NCBI GenBank assembly: GCA_000091205.1
Contig: AP006491.2
DNA: 64,000 nucleotides
Direction: 5' to 3' (one strand)
Origin: Cyanidioschyzon merolae
Taxonomy: Eukaryota
Shown here: positions 22,956-32,946 of the stretch, piece by piece
Position numbering within the stretch: position 1 is the stretch's first letter
Layout: each line of letters begins with the position of its first letter
Made by a program: the position numbers and the translations under genes
Notes under the pieces: generated by a model
What the model was told of the DNA's origin: nothing
Databases searched by the model: none
What the model saw: the letters and a program-made list of their open reading frames with translations, nothing else

Positions 22956-22990
22956 CCACCACCACCACCAGCAGCAGCAGCAGCAGCAGC
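22956..22990. repeat. (CCA)4(GCA)7 microsatellite
   Basis: Read directly from the sequence. Confidence 0.9.
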
Positions 22991-23054
22991 CGCGAACGCT
23001 TTCCAAGCATCAAACGCTGCATAACCGGTGCACAGTAGCGGCGACCGACGCGAC

Positions 23055-24128
23055 CTAGACGAAATATCTCCCGCCGACATGCAGACGCCTAAAGGTCTTT
23101 AACGACCTGCCCCATACGAATGGCTTCAGCTTCCCCTTGTACAATTCGGCCCTGAGAGGTTGTCCAACAAAGTTGACTCGTGTCAACTCCGGGGCTCTCT
23201 TTGCCATTACTGCACATCTCCTGATATTGCTGGCGGCGTTAAAGTCCCGGTTCACAAACTCCATAAGTTTCTTGTCATTGATTGTACTTACTGATTCAAG
23301 TAGCCTTCGCATTTTCGCCCTCCTTTCCATTTGGTCGTCTGTCAGCCGTCCGTACTTTGCTATATCCTCAGGGCTCCGCTGGCACTTTTCCATATCGACC
23401 CTCTGGGGTGTACAACCCAGTTCATGGTGCGTATACGATGTTCGGAACTCATCTACAGGTATTGTAACAAAACGCCGTGCGCACTCTATGTACGTTCTCG
23501 TAGTTCGAGCTGGTGTACACCCGTTTTGGGTCTTCCAGCGCCCTGCTCCGTATGCTACTACGAGCCTCTGACTTTCATCCTCTTTGAGGGCACTCAACGG
23601 ACTGAAAAAGTTCGCGAACGCCCGCTGCCTCCCACAGCATAGATTCATACGCAAACGAGCACACCGGGGCTTTGTATACTCTTTCCACAGCGCCTCCCAG
23701 TGAGCAGCACGAACTTCACTGAACTCCCGAAAAGCATCAAAGTCCGCTCCGCGGCTCGTCACCTCGCTCAAGGCTTCCAGGTGATCCTTCATTCCTGAAT
23801 TCCATGTCTCAGTTTTCTTTCTTGCATTCCTTGTACCGGATTCTCGATAGTACCTTGCTCTCGAGAACCTCAACAGACGCATGTCTTTCTGACGCAAGTT
23901 GCCGGCAGTACCATCTTCCGCACGTTTGGGTACTGCGATGGTTATGATATTTGTGTTTCCGGGGTTCACACCTACCGCAAAGTCGTCACCGTGCACTTTC
24001 TGCATCGCAGGATCCGCCACCTTCTCATCTTCATGCTTTGTCACGGGCGCAGCCGAGGGCGGAACTGGACGATCCGCCTTCAAGCGCCGATAGCGTACAC
24101 ACATGGCTACTCCATCGGTTTCGATCAT
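23055..24128 (-). CDS. TnpB/Fanzor-like RuvC-domain nuclease homolog (copy A; RuvC-I Asp replaced by Asn)
   Basis: A 357-aa ORF with an ATG start. The RuvC-I-like motif is 'FAVGVNPGNTNIITIA' (N55; copy B has 'GADPGNT'). The RuvC-II motif is 'IPVDEFRTSY' (E227, codon 23448-23450). A degenerate zinc finger reads 'HHELGCTPQRVDMEKC'. The RuvC-III motif is 'FVNRDFNAASNI' (D295, 23223-23250). Confidence 0.8.
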   Translation of the reverse strand: MIETDGVAMCVRYRRLKADRPVPPSAAPVTKHEDEKVADPAMQKVHGDDFAVGVNPGNTNIITIAVPKRAEDGTAGNLRQKDMRLLRFSRARYYRESGTRNARKKTETWNSGMKDHLEALSEVTSRGADFDAFREFSEVRAAHWEALWKEYTKPRCARLRMNLCCGRQRAFANFFSPLSALKEDESQRLVVAYGAGRWKTQNGCTPARTTRTYIECARRFVTIPVDEFRTSYTHHELGCTPQRVDMEKCQRSPEDIAKYGRLTDDQMERRAKMRRLLESVSTINDKKLMEFVNRDFNAASNIRRCAVMAKRAPELTRVNFVGQPLRAELYKGKLKPFVWGRSLKTFRRLHVGGRYFV

Positions 24129-24217
24129 CCCAGTGAGTACTTTTGTTTGCTCACTTTGAGACGTTTGAAATCGAAGATATGCTTCCAGTACGTCTCCCGG
24201 TTTTCACCGGAGAACTC

Positions 24218-24457
24218 CTACCTGTTAACATTGAACTCGGGACTGGTCTCCTTTATGATGCCTTGGAGGACTCTGGAGCTGATAGTCACAAAATGTGACT
24301 TGATGGTGCACAACGGAACGCCATTGAAGCGCTTACCCATTAGGAGAGCCTTCCGTCCCTCCCACTCTTCATGTTTTCCTCTCTCAGCTTCATCTCCGCC
24401 TTGCGTTCGAGTTCTCGATTCAGGAATACGAAATAGAGCAGGATGATGTGATAACAT
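24218..24457 (-). CDS. element ORF2 (79 aa) upstream of the Fanzor-like ORF
   Basis: The sequence '[47 protein letters not shown]...' is conserved in copy B (60832..61182, where it is 116 aa). Its function is unknown. Confidence 0.4.
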   Translation of the reverse strand: MLSHHPALFRIPESRTRTQGGDEAERGKHEEWEGRKALLMGKRFNGVPLCTIKSHFVTISSRVLQGIIKETSPEFNVNR

Positions 24458-25101
24458 CTTTTATCATCTTTTTTTTTCATATCTGATGCCTTTTCTGCTG
24501 GATTCGCCATTCCCAAGACTGGACAGTGCTCTTGTACAACCGCACGGATTACAGAAGCTTCATTCGTGCTCTCGTTTGGCGCCTTCTTGTCGACAAAATC
24601 GATCTCATCTTCATGCTTGCGATCGTTCGTGATGCCGTTGATAATCGCCCATATTCCTTTGCGAGAGATGCACGGGTAACGTGCAAACACGGCGCGTATC
24701 ATGAAACGTTCGAGGTTCATAGTCGAATGGTTCTTCAGGTTCGTGATGTACTTCATCGTTCCGTATATGTAAATATGACGGTCACCCCTGTATCGAGTAC
24801 CGTTGAAGCTGTAGAAGGGATGTTTTTCGTGGAGGGCGTGAACCCACTCATTTTCCTTTCGCGTTGCCTCTGTAGCAAGCATGAGGTGACGAATAAAGAT
24901 CATGTCGAAGAACTCGTCCGGAATCTCGACCGTTTCCATGTGCTTCACGTCGTGATACATCTCACTCCCCGAATGCATCAGTCCTGACGACGCCTTGACG
25001 ATGGTCTTGGAGTACGAGTCGACACGGTTCCTAATGGCCTCTCGCAACTTTTCCTTGTACGGATCCTGGATATGTTCAAGAAGAAAGCTTTTCGCCACCA
25101 T
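24340..25101 (-). CDS. element ORF1 (253 aa), uncharacterised
   Basis: The ORF has an ATG start and is conserved in copy B (60284..60825, split by a stop and frameshifts). No recognisable catalytic motif is present. It overlaps ORF2 in another frame because an A9 run (A7 in copy B) sits at the junction. Confidence 0.45.
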   Translation of the reverse strand: MVAKSFLLEHIQDPYKEKLREAIRNRVDSYSKTIVKASSGLMHSGSEMYHDVKHMETVEIPDEFFDMIFIRHLMLATEATRKENEWVHALHEKHPFYSFNGTRYRGDRHIYIYGTMKYITNLKNHSTMNLERFMIRAVFARYPCISRKGIWAIINGITNDRKHEDEIDFVDKKAPNESTNEASVIRAVVQEHCPVLGMANPAEKASDMKKKDDKRCYHIILLYFVFLNRELERKAEMKLREENMKSGRDGRLS

Positions 25102-25607
25102 CTCGTCGTACAGCCGTCTTTCTTGTCGCCTTCGACATAGGGCCTCTCCCGTTTTGATTCTTTCTCTCTTCCGTTTCTTCTGGACTTGGAATTTTTTTTG
25201 TTTTTTCTGGTAGCCGGCGACACTGGGCCTCCAGGATTGTCGACTTGCTCCTACATAACTTTCCTTTTTTAGTTTTTTTAAAAAGAATACTCTTTAAACG
25301 CTTCTCTTATATACTGCGAAAAAACACTCGAGTATTTTTACTTGAGGGTTGAAACAGAAATGAACTGAAAACTATACTTTGCTACGACCTCAACGGAAAT
25401 CCGACTTTTACAGCTGAGCAACACGCTCCTGCTCAGGATCACGTTTCCCTTCAACAGCGGCTTACGTGTCGCGTCTCACGCCTGCCTGATCCCCCAGTTG
25501 CGCTCACCGGGCGCGATTCTCTTTTTCATAGACAAGACGTTTACTTGTGCCAGCATTCTCCGATTACGCGCATTTTTCTTTTCTTACCATTTTTTATGTG
25601 TTTTTTT

Positions 25608-25723
25608 CAGTGTGCGGTGACGTATCCATCAACCCCCTACTCCCAAGTTACATCATCTAAACTTCTTCTCTGATATTCTGGTCGTTTCATACGTCCTAGC
25701 ATGTGCCGAGCCTACCGAAAGCG
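25608..25723 (+). repeat. dispersed repeat 'R', copy R2
   Basis: The sequence 'cagtgtgcggtgacgtatccatcaaccccctactcccaagttacatcatctaaacttcttctctgatattctggtcgtttcatacgtcc...' is ~85% identical to the reverse complement of 29163-29252 (R3). It lies just outside the 5' end of element copy A. Confidence 0.7.
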
Positions 25724-28700
25724 ACAGCAATGGCGCCTATAGAACATGCGCTGCAATGCATTGCATGCGCCGCCAAGACCAAGCCCGGAGACTAACCAAC
25801 AAGTCACTTGCAGCCTTCCGAGAAATGATAACGAATTATCAGTACATTAACGAAGAAGAGACACCAATAGAGGACTGTACAATAGGAAAAGAGACCCAAC
25901 CAGATACGGAGAAGGAGGCACAAAGTCCTCATGATCCACTTAGATGCAAAATATCCAGAGAGAGCAGCTCAGGAAAGAGCCCGAAGAAGAAGAAGGCCAA
26001 CGAGAAAAAATAGATGAATAGAAAAAAGAACTCCCGAACGAGCCCATCACAACTTATTCCCCGGAAAGAGCACCCCAGCGGGAACTCAAGAAAACCGTCA
26101 CCAAACCCAGTCACCTGCTCACAGCGCTGAAGATCCGAAATGCCGTGCATGCAAATCTTTAGACCAATTGGCACGCGAGTTTGTAGATGGGAATCAGAAG
26201 ACTGCCAGAGAACTGGGACTGCTTGCACCAGATCGCAACAGTTTCAAACCTCAGTACCTCAAACGACGTACCAAAACTCGGATTGTTGAATGCTACCGAC
26301 TCAACAAGATCCTCAACCGCACCGACATACGCACCAACGCCGGAGACAAGGAAGCGAAGGCAGCGCTACCGGCGCTACAGGCACAACATGAGGACGCTAT
26401 CAAAAGAAAGAAGAAACTTTCCAGAGAAGACAAACGAGAGGATCGAAACCGCAAAATCGACTCCCTGACGGAATTTATGCTCGAGAGCACCAACGAAGAT
26501 GAGACCTGGCGCTCCATTCGATCGAGACTGGACCCACCAAAAAAGTGCCTGGGGCTCACACCAATCGTTTATAAGGAAGCGCTGAGGACGGAGCGTGCCT
26601 CAGTGAATGAGGCCTGGACGGACCACGGCACAGAGCTGCATGAAGACGCAACTGGGCACTGCCGAAACCGAATCTATTGGCACCAATATGCTGCACAACT
26701 ACCGCGCCTCGACCCGGTACCGGAATGGAACGACCCAATCTTCTGGCCTGAATCTGTTCGGGCCCTGCTATGCTCAAGCAACCGCAAAACACCTGGCATT
26801 GACGGTATCCCTGCGGAGTGGATGAAACTGGTGACCCCAAAAGACGAGACAACAGGGACACCATCGATACCAGATGAACCTGACACAATCTTAGGCAAAC
26901 GCCTTGTGGAGCTCATTCAACGTATGTTCGAAGAAGCGTACATCCCTGATATATGGAGGACTGTCGAGGTCGCACCGATCCTCAAAAAGGACTCCCACAC
27001 ACACAAAGACATGAACATCTACCGGACTATTCGCCTCATCCTGTCAATCATGAATCTACTTTGCGCCATGCTCACGAACCGGATCCAGAGGCGCCTCGAG
27101 GAACGCAAGTTCTTCGCCCCAGAACAGGCTGGATTCCGGAGCCGCGATGAGTGCATGAACCATGCCCTGACCCTCATTGAAGTGGCGCAACGTCGCTTTA
27201 TTCGTGACCGACAACCAACTTACGTATGCTTCACCGACTTCCGAAAGGTCTTTGACACGGTCCCGCATGATGCTCTCTTTTTGAAGATGGAACGAGCCGG
27301 AGTCTCCAGAAAGTGCTTAGCGTTCTTCCGTGCGCTCTATGCAGACTCGTGGATGCGCATCCGACTGGGCGACAGCTCAAGAACCCCTTGTATAAGAATA
27401 CGCCGTGGACTACAAAAGGGCGAGCGCGCATCCCCGCTCCTTTTCAACATCTTCATCAACGATCCGCTGAAAAACTGCAGACAATACGGGCTTGAGGTGC
27501 CGTGGATAGACTGGGGAGATGCCCGATGAGGAGCCCTCACATAGGAACCGCCTCGCAGGCCTTCTACTTGCGGACGATGTCGTGCTGTTGGCACCCGCCC
27601 CGGAAACGCTTGCGGCTAGCATGCAACAAGTCAGCACCTGGGTCGATCGCTGGGAGATGAACGTAGGAGCATCGAAGTGCGGCGTCATGGCCATCCATGG
27701 AGACTCGCAGCGCATTCGCAATCGCTCGTGGCGGTTGCAGAATCAGGAAATTCCGATCGTGGAAAACTATCGCTACCTGGGGGTCGGTCTAACGCCGACG
27801 CTCGACGAAAAGGCACACGTCGACGAGATGATCGCCAAGATGCATAGACGTACAGCGATCGCACGTCCATTCCCATCCGACCCCTCTATCTGCATAGCAA
27901 TTCGTACCAGGGCACGAAGGATGTGTATCATCCAGCCTGCGACCTGGGGTGCTGAGTGATGCGGCATGAACCACACAAATGCCTCGCGTCCGCAGACAGC
28001 CGCCAACAGGGCAATGCGACTCGTTGTCGTTGTTTGATGCTCAGTGCAGAGCAGAGCAACCACCGCGCTGGCACTCGGACTTGAACTCCAAATACCCTCG
28101 ATAGAAGCGATAGCAGCAGGCTGCCGGGCACGTATATGGGCCAAAAGGGTCCACCAAGCGCACCTGGTTCAGTCGGAGTTTCATGCAAACCCCAACGCAC
28201 CGCAAGATCACTTGGATGAAACCAACGCATATTTGGCTGAAGCGCCTCTTAGGCGAAAATGCGCTCGAATCGTTCCCCAGGAATGTAGAAGACTTCAGAC
28301 GCCTGAAGCGAACGGTCCAAACGCCAATATGGGAAAGTAGACACGGTACCAGTCGCGCGAGTAACGCCGGCTTGACTCTATACCGGAAATAGAACCTATT
28401 ATACACATGCAAGTACTGGTTGGAGGCGCTGGAATTCCCCGGACTTGCTCGAGGTACCCAGTGGCTCGCCAAAATCCGCGTTGGTGGCTTCTGGCTACCA
28501 GCACCGGCTCTAAGCCGTATAGGAATACTGGAATCGCACTGGGAGTCACACTGTCCCTGCTGTGGAGACGAGAGCCCCCGAGACGCTGACACATTTAGGC
28601 CTACAGTGCCCGCACTGGAAGCAGGAGCGCAGCGAGCTCCTTGGAGGACAGCAGCAGCTGGGCATCACCATGATAGTCGAAGGCCGGACACTCACTCTGA

Positions 28701-29140
28701 GTGTAGCACTGGCAACTGGTGGTCCGCTAACGGAGCCTCAGCGCTCATTAATGGCGAACAAACGCAAATGCTACCTTCTAGGCGGAAGGTCCAACGAATC
28801 GGATGCGCATACGGGTCCAGTGCTCTCTGCGTCTACCCACTGTGGTGGGTTTCAAGCACAAACCCGCATTGCCAACCGACAACAACGCGCTCCATGCATG
28901 ACCAGGAAGGAGAGAGGCAGCTCCCAGAATTCATCCTAACAACCAAGTTTCTCCAGCGTGTCGTGCAGCGAAGGCAAGCCTCCATCCGCAGACTGTCCGA
29001 GCACGAACTGACGACGAGACCCGATTCTACGTCGGGTGAAGCACGTCTCGAGCCGACGCCCTCTGAGGTATAGAAAAGCTGTTCTAGCTCTATGAACTAT
29101 CTGCTCCAGCATTTAAGGCGCAAAGGCGGATACGGAGGGG
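25724..29140 (+). mobile_element. 5'-truncated, degenerate non-LTR (LINE-type) retrotransposon
   Basis: A reverse-transcriptase domain is followed by a C-terminal 'HLGLQCPHWKQERSEL' CCHC-like motif (28589-28630). No endonuclease domain or ATG start is present. The RT region has several frame breaks. Confidence 0.75.
26168..27959 (+). pseudogene. LINE reverse transcriptase (frameshifted at ~27519-27529)
   Basis: LINE RT motifs are present: 'GIDGIPAEWMK' (motif 0), 'EQAGFRSRDECMNHAL' (motif 1), 'CFTDFRKVFDTVPHDAL' (motif A) and 'GLQKGERASPLLFNIFINDPL' (motif B). In the next frame come 'LLLADDVVLLA' (F/YADD box) and 'SKCGVMAI'. The track ORF starts at TTG. Confidence 0.8.
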
Positions 29141-29252
29141 CAGGTACAAGGCACACACAATAGGACGTATGAAACGACCAGAATATCCGAGAAGAAGTAT
29201 AGGTAATCTAACTTGGAGGGAGGGGGTTTTATGGATACTTCGCTGCGCACTG
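29120..29252 (-). repeat. dispersed repeat 'R', copy R3 (inverted relative to R1/R2)
   Basis: The reverse complement of 29163-29252 reads 'cagtgcgcagcgaagtatccataaaaccccctccctccaagttagattacctatacttcttctcggatattctggtcgtttcatacgtcc'. This matches R2, so R2 and R3 form an inverted pair bracketing the LINE. Confidence 0.7.
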
Positions 29253-29421
29253 TAAAAAAAAGTGAGCAAAGAAAAGTGTGAAAAGAAACATACGCCCATT
29301 CGCCTCCACAAAGGCGCTGCGCGCACACAATACAGCGGCTGCAGCGGCTGCAGCATCATCCGCAGCGCTTAACGGCCTCTGTTCGTGTCCTCGGTGTGAC
29401 GATTCTTGAGGTACGGTATCC

Positions 29422-31164
29422 ATGTCGTCACTGCCAACTTCGTCACGGCTTATGAGTTTGAGGGAACGTACGGAAATACCGGTGGTCGGAGATGACGGGA
29501 GCCATATCGACCCGTCAAACTCGTGTTCACCAAGGCGGAGCCTGTCCAACAGCAGTCGTGGATACGAACGAGCATCCCGGGGTCTGACACGGGTCGCGTC
29601 CGCGTCGTCAGCGCTGTCGCTTGTGTCGAACCCGAACCTGTCGCTGTTGGACTCTGAGCTTCAGGTTGTAGAAGACTGTAAGGAGTTCCCGGTCGTGGTC
29701 GTTGTGGTCGGTGCATCAGGAGATCTGGCCCGCAAGAAGACGCTGCCGGCCTTGTTCTCGCTCTTCTACCACAACCTGCTGCCGCTCAGTTTCGCAGTCG
29801 TCGGATATGCCCGCTCAAAGCTCTCCGTAGAAGAGTTTCGAAGTTCAGTGAGCTCGAATCTAGTCTGTCGCGTCGGAGATCGCGAGTGCTGTGAGGCGAA
29901 GACGAGGGCCTTTCTCGAACGCTGCTTCTACTTCTCTGGGCAGTATGGCTCTCTGGAAGACTGGTTGAATTTTGATCGCTGGCTTTCCGAAGACATCGAG
30001 CCGCGTATGAACCAAAGCGACACAGCAACTCGGGGGGCACGACGCGCGCCCGGGCGTCTGTTTTACCTGGCGATCCCGCCGTCGGTATTCGCGGAAACGC
30101 TGCGCAGTATCAGTCGCGGCGCCATGGCACCCGAGGAGCTTGGCGCCTGGACCCGAGTCATTGTCGAGAAACCATTTGGGCGAGACTCAGAGTCCTACAT
30201 GGCGCTACGTGACCTAGTCGCAGAATGCTTTCCGGAGGAGGCACTTTACCGCATTGATCATTACGTGGGCAAGCCACTGGTTGCGAACCTGACGACACTT
30301 CGACTTGGGAACTTTGTTTTTGATGCACTCTGGAATCGCCACTGCATTGAATCCGTGCAAGTGGTGTTCAAGGAGGATTTCGGGGTCGAGGGTCGCGCCG
30401 GCTACTTCGACGCATACGGCATCATTCGAGATATCCTCCAAAACCATTTGCTGCAGGTCCTCAGCATTATTGCGATGGATCCGCCGGCGTCGCCGCACGC
30501 TGCCGATATCAACGAGGCAAAACTCCGGCTACTGTACGACATCAAACCGTTGCATGCGAAGGATTTTATCATCGGCCAGTACGATCGATATCGGTCGGAG
30601 CGAGGCGTGCCGAAAGACTCGTGCACCGCCACGTTCGCAGCGTGTGTTGTCCAGATCGATAACGAACGCTGGCGAGGTGTCCCTTTTGTTATGCTCGCTG
30701 GGAAAGCGCTCGACGAGCGGAAGGTTTACGTGAAGGTCGCGTTCCACGAGACACCGAATCATACGTTTATACCGGAGGAACTGCGTGACAAGCGCAACAC
30801 GTTTTACATTGAAATCCAGCCGCGTCCCGCGGTCGAGCTGAGCTTTATCACCAAAACTCCCGATCTGGAGGGACGCGTTGTCCAAACCAAGCTCGACTTG
30901 GTCTACAACGAGAGCTTCAGTGCGGAAGCCCAGGACATGCCGGACGCCTACGAGCGGCTCATTTCGGACGCCATTGTGGGCGACCGCACACTCTTCATCA
31001 GCGACGCCCAGATATCGCGCGCATGGGAGCTGTTCGACCCTGCCCTGAAAGAACTGGAGCGAGATCCACCAGTTCAGCCAGTTATCTATCCGTATGGTAG
31101 TAAGGGACCGATTCTGCCCGAGACGCTGATCAAGAAATACATGGCAGGCAGGATGCAAGACTGA
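29422..31164 (+). CDS. G6PD: glucose-6-phosphate 1-dehydrogenase
   Basis: Motifs include 'VVVVVGASGDLARKKTLPALF' (NADP-binding GASGDLAKKK), 'EKPFGRD', the 'RIDHYVGKPLV' active-site signature and the C-terminal 'YPYGSKGP'. The ATG is at 29422. There is a Ser-rich N-terminal extension of ~90 aa. Confidence 0.92.
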   Translation: MSSLPTSSRLMSLRERTEIPVVGDDGSHIDPSNSCSPRRSLSNSSRGYERASRGLTRVASASSALSLVSNPNLSLLDSELQVVEDCKEFPVVVVVVGASGDLARKKTLPALFSLFYHNLLPLSFAVVGYARSKLSVEEFRSSVSSNLVCRVGDRECCEAKTRAFLERCFYFSGQYGSLEDWLNFDRWLSEDIEPRMNQSDTATRGARRAPGRLFYLAIPPSVFAETLRSISRGAMAPEELGAWTRVIVEKPFGRDSESYMALRDLVAECFPEEALYRIDHYVGKPLVANLTTLRLGNFVFDALWNRHCIESVQVVFKEDFGVEGRAGYFDAYGIIRDILQNHLLQVLSIIAMDPPASPHAADINEAKLRLLYDIKPLHAKDFIIGQYDRYRSERGVPKDSCTATFAACVVQIDNERWRGVPFVMLAGKALDERKVYVKVAFHETPNHTFIPEELRDKRNTFYIEIQPRPAVELSFITKTPDLEGRVVQTKLDLVYNESFSAEAQDMPDAYERLISDAIVGDRTLFISDAQISRAWELFDPALKELERDPPVQPVIYPYGSKGPILPETLIKKYMAGRMQD

Positions 31165-32946
31165 TCCGCGTCGGCGGTAACGCCAAACTGATAGCCGTCA
31201 CTCGGACAGCGTTCTTTTTCAGGGAGCGCAGCGCACACGCGTATACAGGATGATTCCAGTGGCGCGTGTGTGCTGCAGAGAGCACACGCGCGACTCGTGA
31301 TATCTAGATGCGTGTTTGCACCGCCATTGTGTTTGTATATGACCAGGAACAGTCAAGCGTTTTTTTGCAATAGATCATGCTACAAAAGAGAACCCATCAT
31401 CACTATGGTGAATTGTTTCTCGTCGTCCGCCCGTCGAAAGCGATCCAACGCTGCGGTGACGGTGAGCAGCACCGCGCCTCCAGCGCGATGTGCACACGTC
31501 CCGCGGATGCGGATGCGTTTGCGGCAGCGGCGGTGTTTATGGATTGCACTGCGCTTAGTTTTCAGAATCGGGTAGAGCAGCGCTATGCTGATAACCACCG
31601 AAGAGAAAGACTATGCACGCACGCCCGCCCGTAGACGGCAATGCGCAACAGCCGTTCCGGTCGTCGGTACCAGGCGATCGGTCGTTGTGCAGCACAATGG
31701 TACGCCGCCCTTGGCAACGCTTCCGCGGATATCCGGATGCTGGCGCCCGGGCACTTGTAGCGATGCCCTCCATCGCGTGTCTGTGTACAATGGCGCGCAA
31801 GGCTGCCCCGCAGCACCGGATCGCAGAGCACTTGGTGCGGGGAACGCGTCCGCGGCCGGCGGCCGGCGGCGATGGCGATGCGCGTTCTCCTCGGAGCCGT
31901 TTTCTGTGCCTTTCTGCTCTGTATCCGAATTTCGACGGTTGACAATTTTTACGCTGTTGATGCTGTAAACCATGCGCACGAGTGCCCGGGAGCAATGGGT
32001 TCATTGCTACAGCACAGATTTCGACACGGTTTTGACACGATTCGGGCTCACGCTCAATGCGCTCGGCAGGTGCCCCACGCTGCTGGGATCCAAGGGCCTC
32101 GAGCTCACGAGTCGGCATTGGCAGGTAGTTCGCCTCGATGCGTATGTCAAAAATAAGAGGATGCTCTCAATGAAATCGTAGCTGGGCGCCCGAGGGCCTC
32201 GTCCCAATTCATCCTGGCGCAGTTGCAACCGCACTCCAGGGCCTTCTTTCTCCTGCGCGGTGGTGGACGCATCAGATCGACAAGCTCCCCCGTGGTTGCG
32301 CCTTGCTGTGTACCCAGGACAATAGGATGCATTTGCACTGCATGTGCTGCACGTGGTTGTCGGCGGGGCGTTGCCGTCGCAGACCATAGGCGCAACGTCT
32401 CATAGCACAGGAGCACCCAATCGAACGAGACGTATCCGCACACGCGAGCGCCGCCCGGTAGCACGACGCCATTCGCACATCATCTGCAGACGCTTCCTCG
32501 TTCTTCCACTGCCTGTCCAAATTTATGTCAGCGAATAAAGACCTGACTCAGCAACATCGCGAGCACGCAGCCCGTCTCAGGCACGTACCACTCTAATGAA
32601 CACTTTGTTCAGCGAATATCGCTGGACGCAGGATGCCTTCGCTGGTGCGCCAGCCATGCGAGCGTCGACTTGAGCGTCCACGCCCTGGACACGTGTCCTT
32701 GTTGAGGCTGCAGCGCGGGATCCGAGCGCGATACCGGGGCGAGGCACATACGCACACATGCACGCATCCATGCACACACGCCGATTTCGCGCGCGCTTCG
32801 TTGCCGAGGCCGTGTGACGGCGAGCGCCCCCGCAGCGTGACATCTCGCATGCATGAATTGACGCACACGCATTCGCATGGATGCATGGCGCGCTTCGTGG
32901 ACACCGCAGCTGAAGCAGACGCTGCGCTCCCCGCGGGTGTCCGGTA

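Larger units (their letters stand above)
23055..25580 (-). mobile_element. Fanzor/TnpB-like element, copy A (three co-oriented ORFs plus a ~460-bp 5' leader)
   Basis: The region aligns along its whole length with 59590-62222 on the opposite strand (copy B). Boundaries are approximate. Confidence 0.6.

Noticed and set aside
23055-24128. Reading the TnpB-like ORF as a bacterial IS200/IS605 element, implying a contaminating prokaryotic contig.
   Set aside because: Flanking genes on both sides are eukaryotic (GSII, cyclin B, PC4, PAN3, Tim13). Composition is uniform across the element. No IS200-type TnpA (HUH Y1 transposase) is evident, so a eukaryotic Fanzor-type element is the better reading.
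25756-26013. An 85-aa Lys/Ser-rich ORF just 5' of the LINE RT, as a possible LINE ORF1/Gag remnant.
   Set aside because: It is too short and low-complexity to support a call. It is left unannotated inside the LINE interval.
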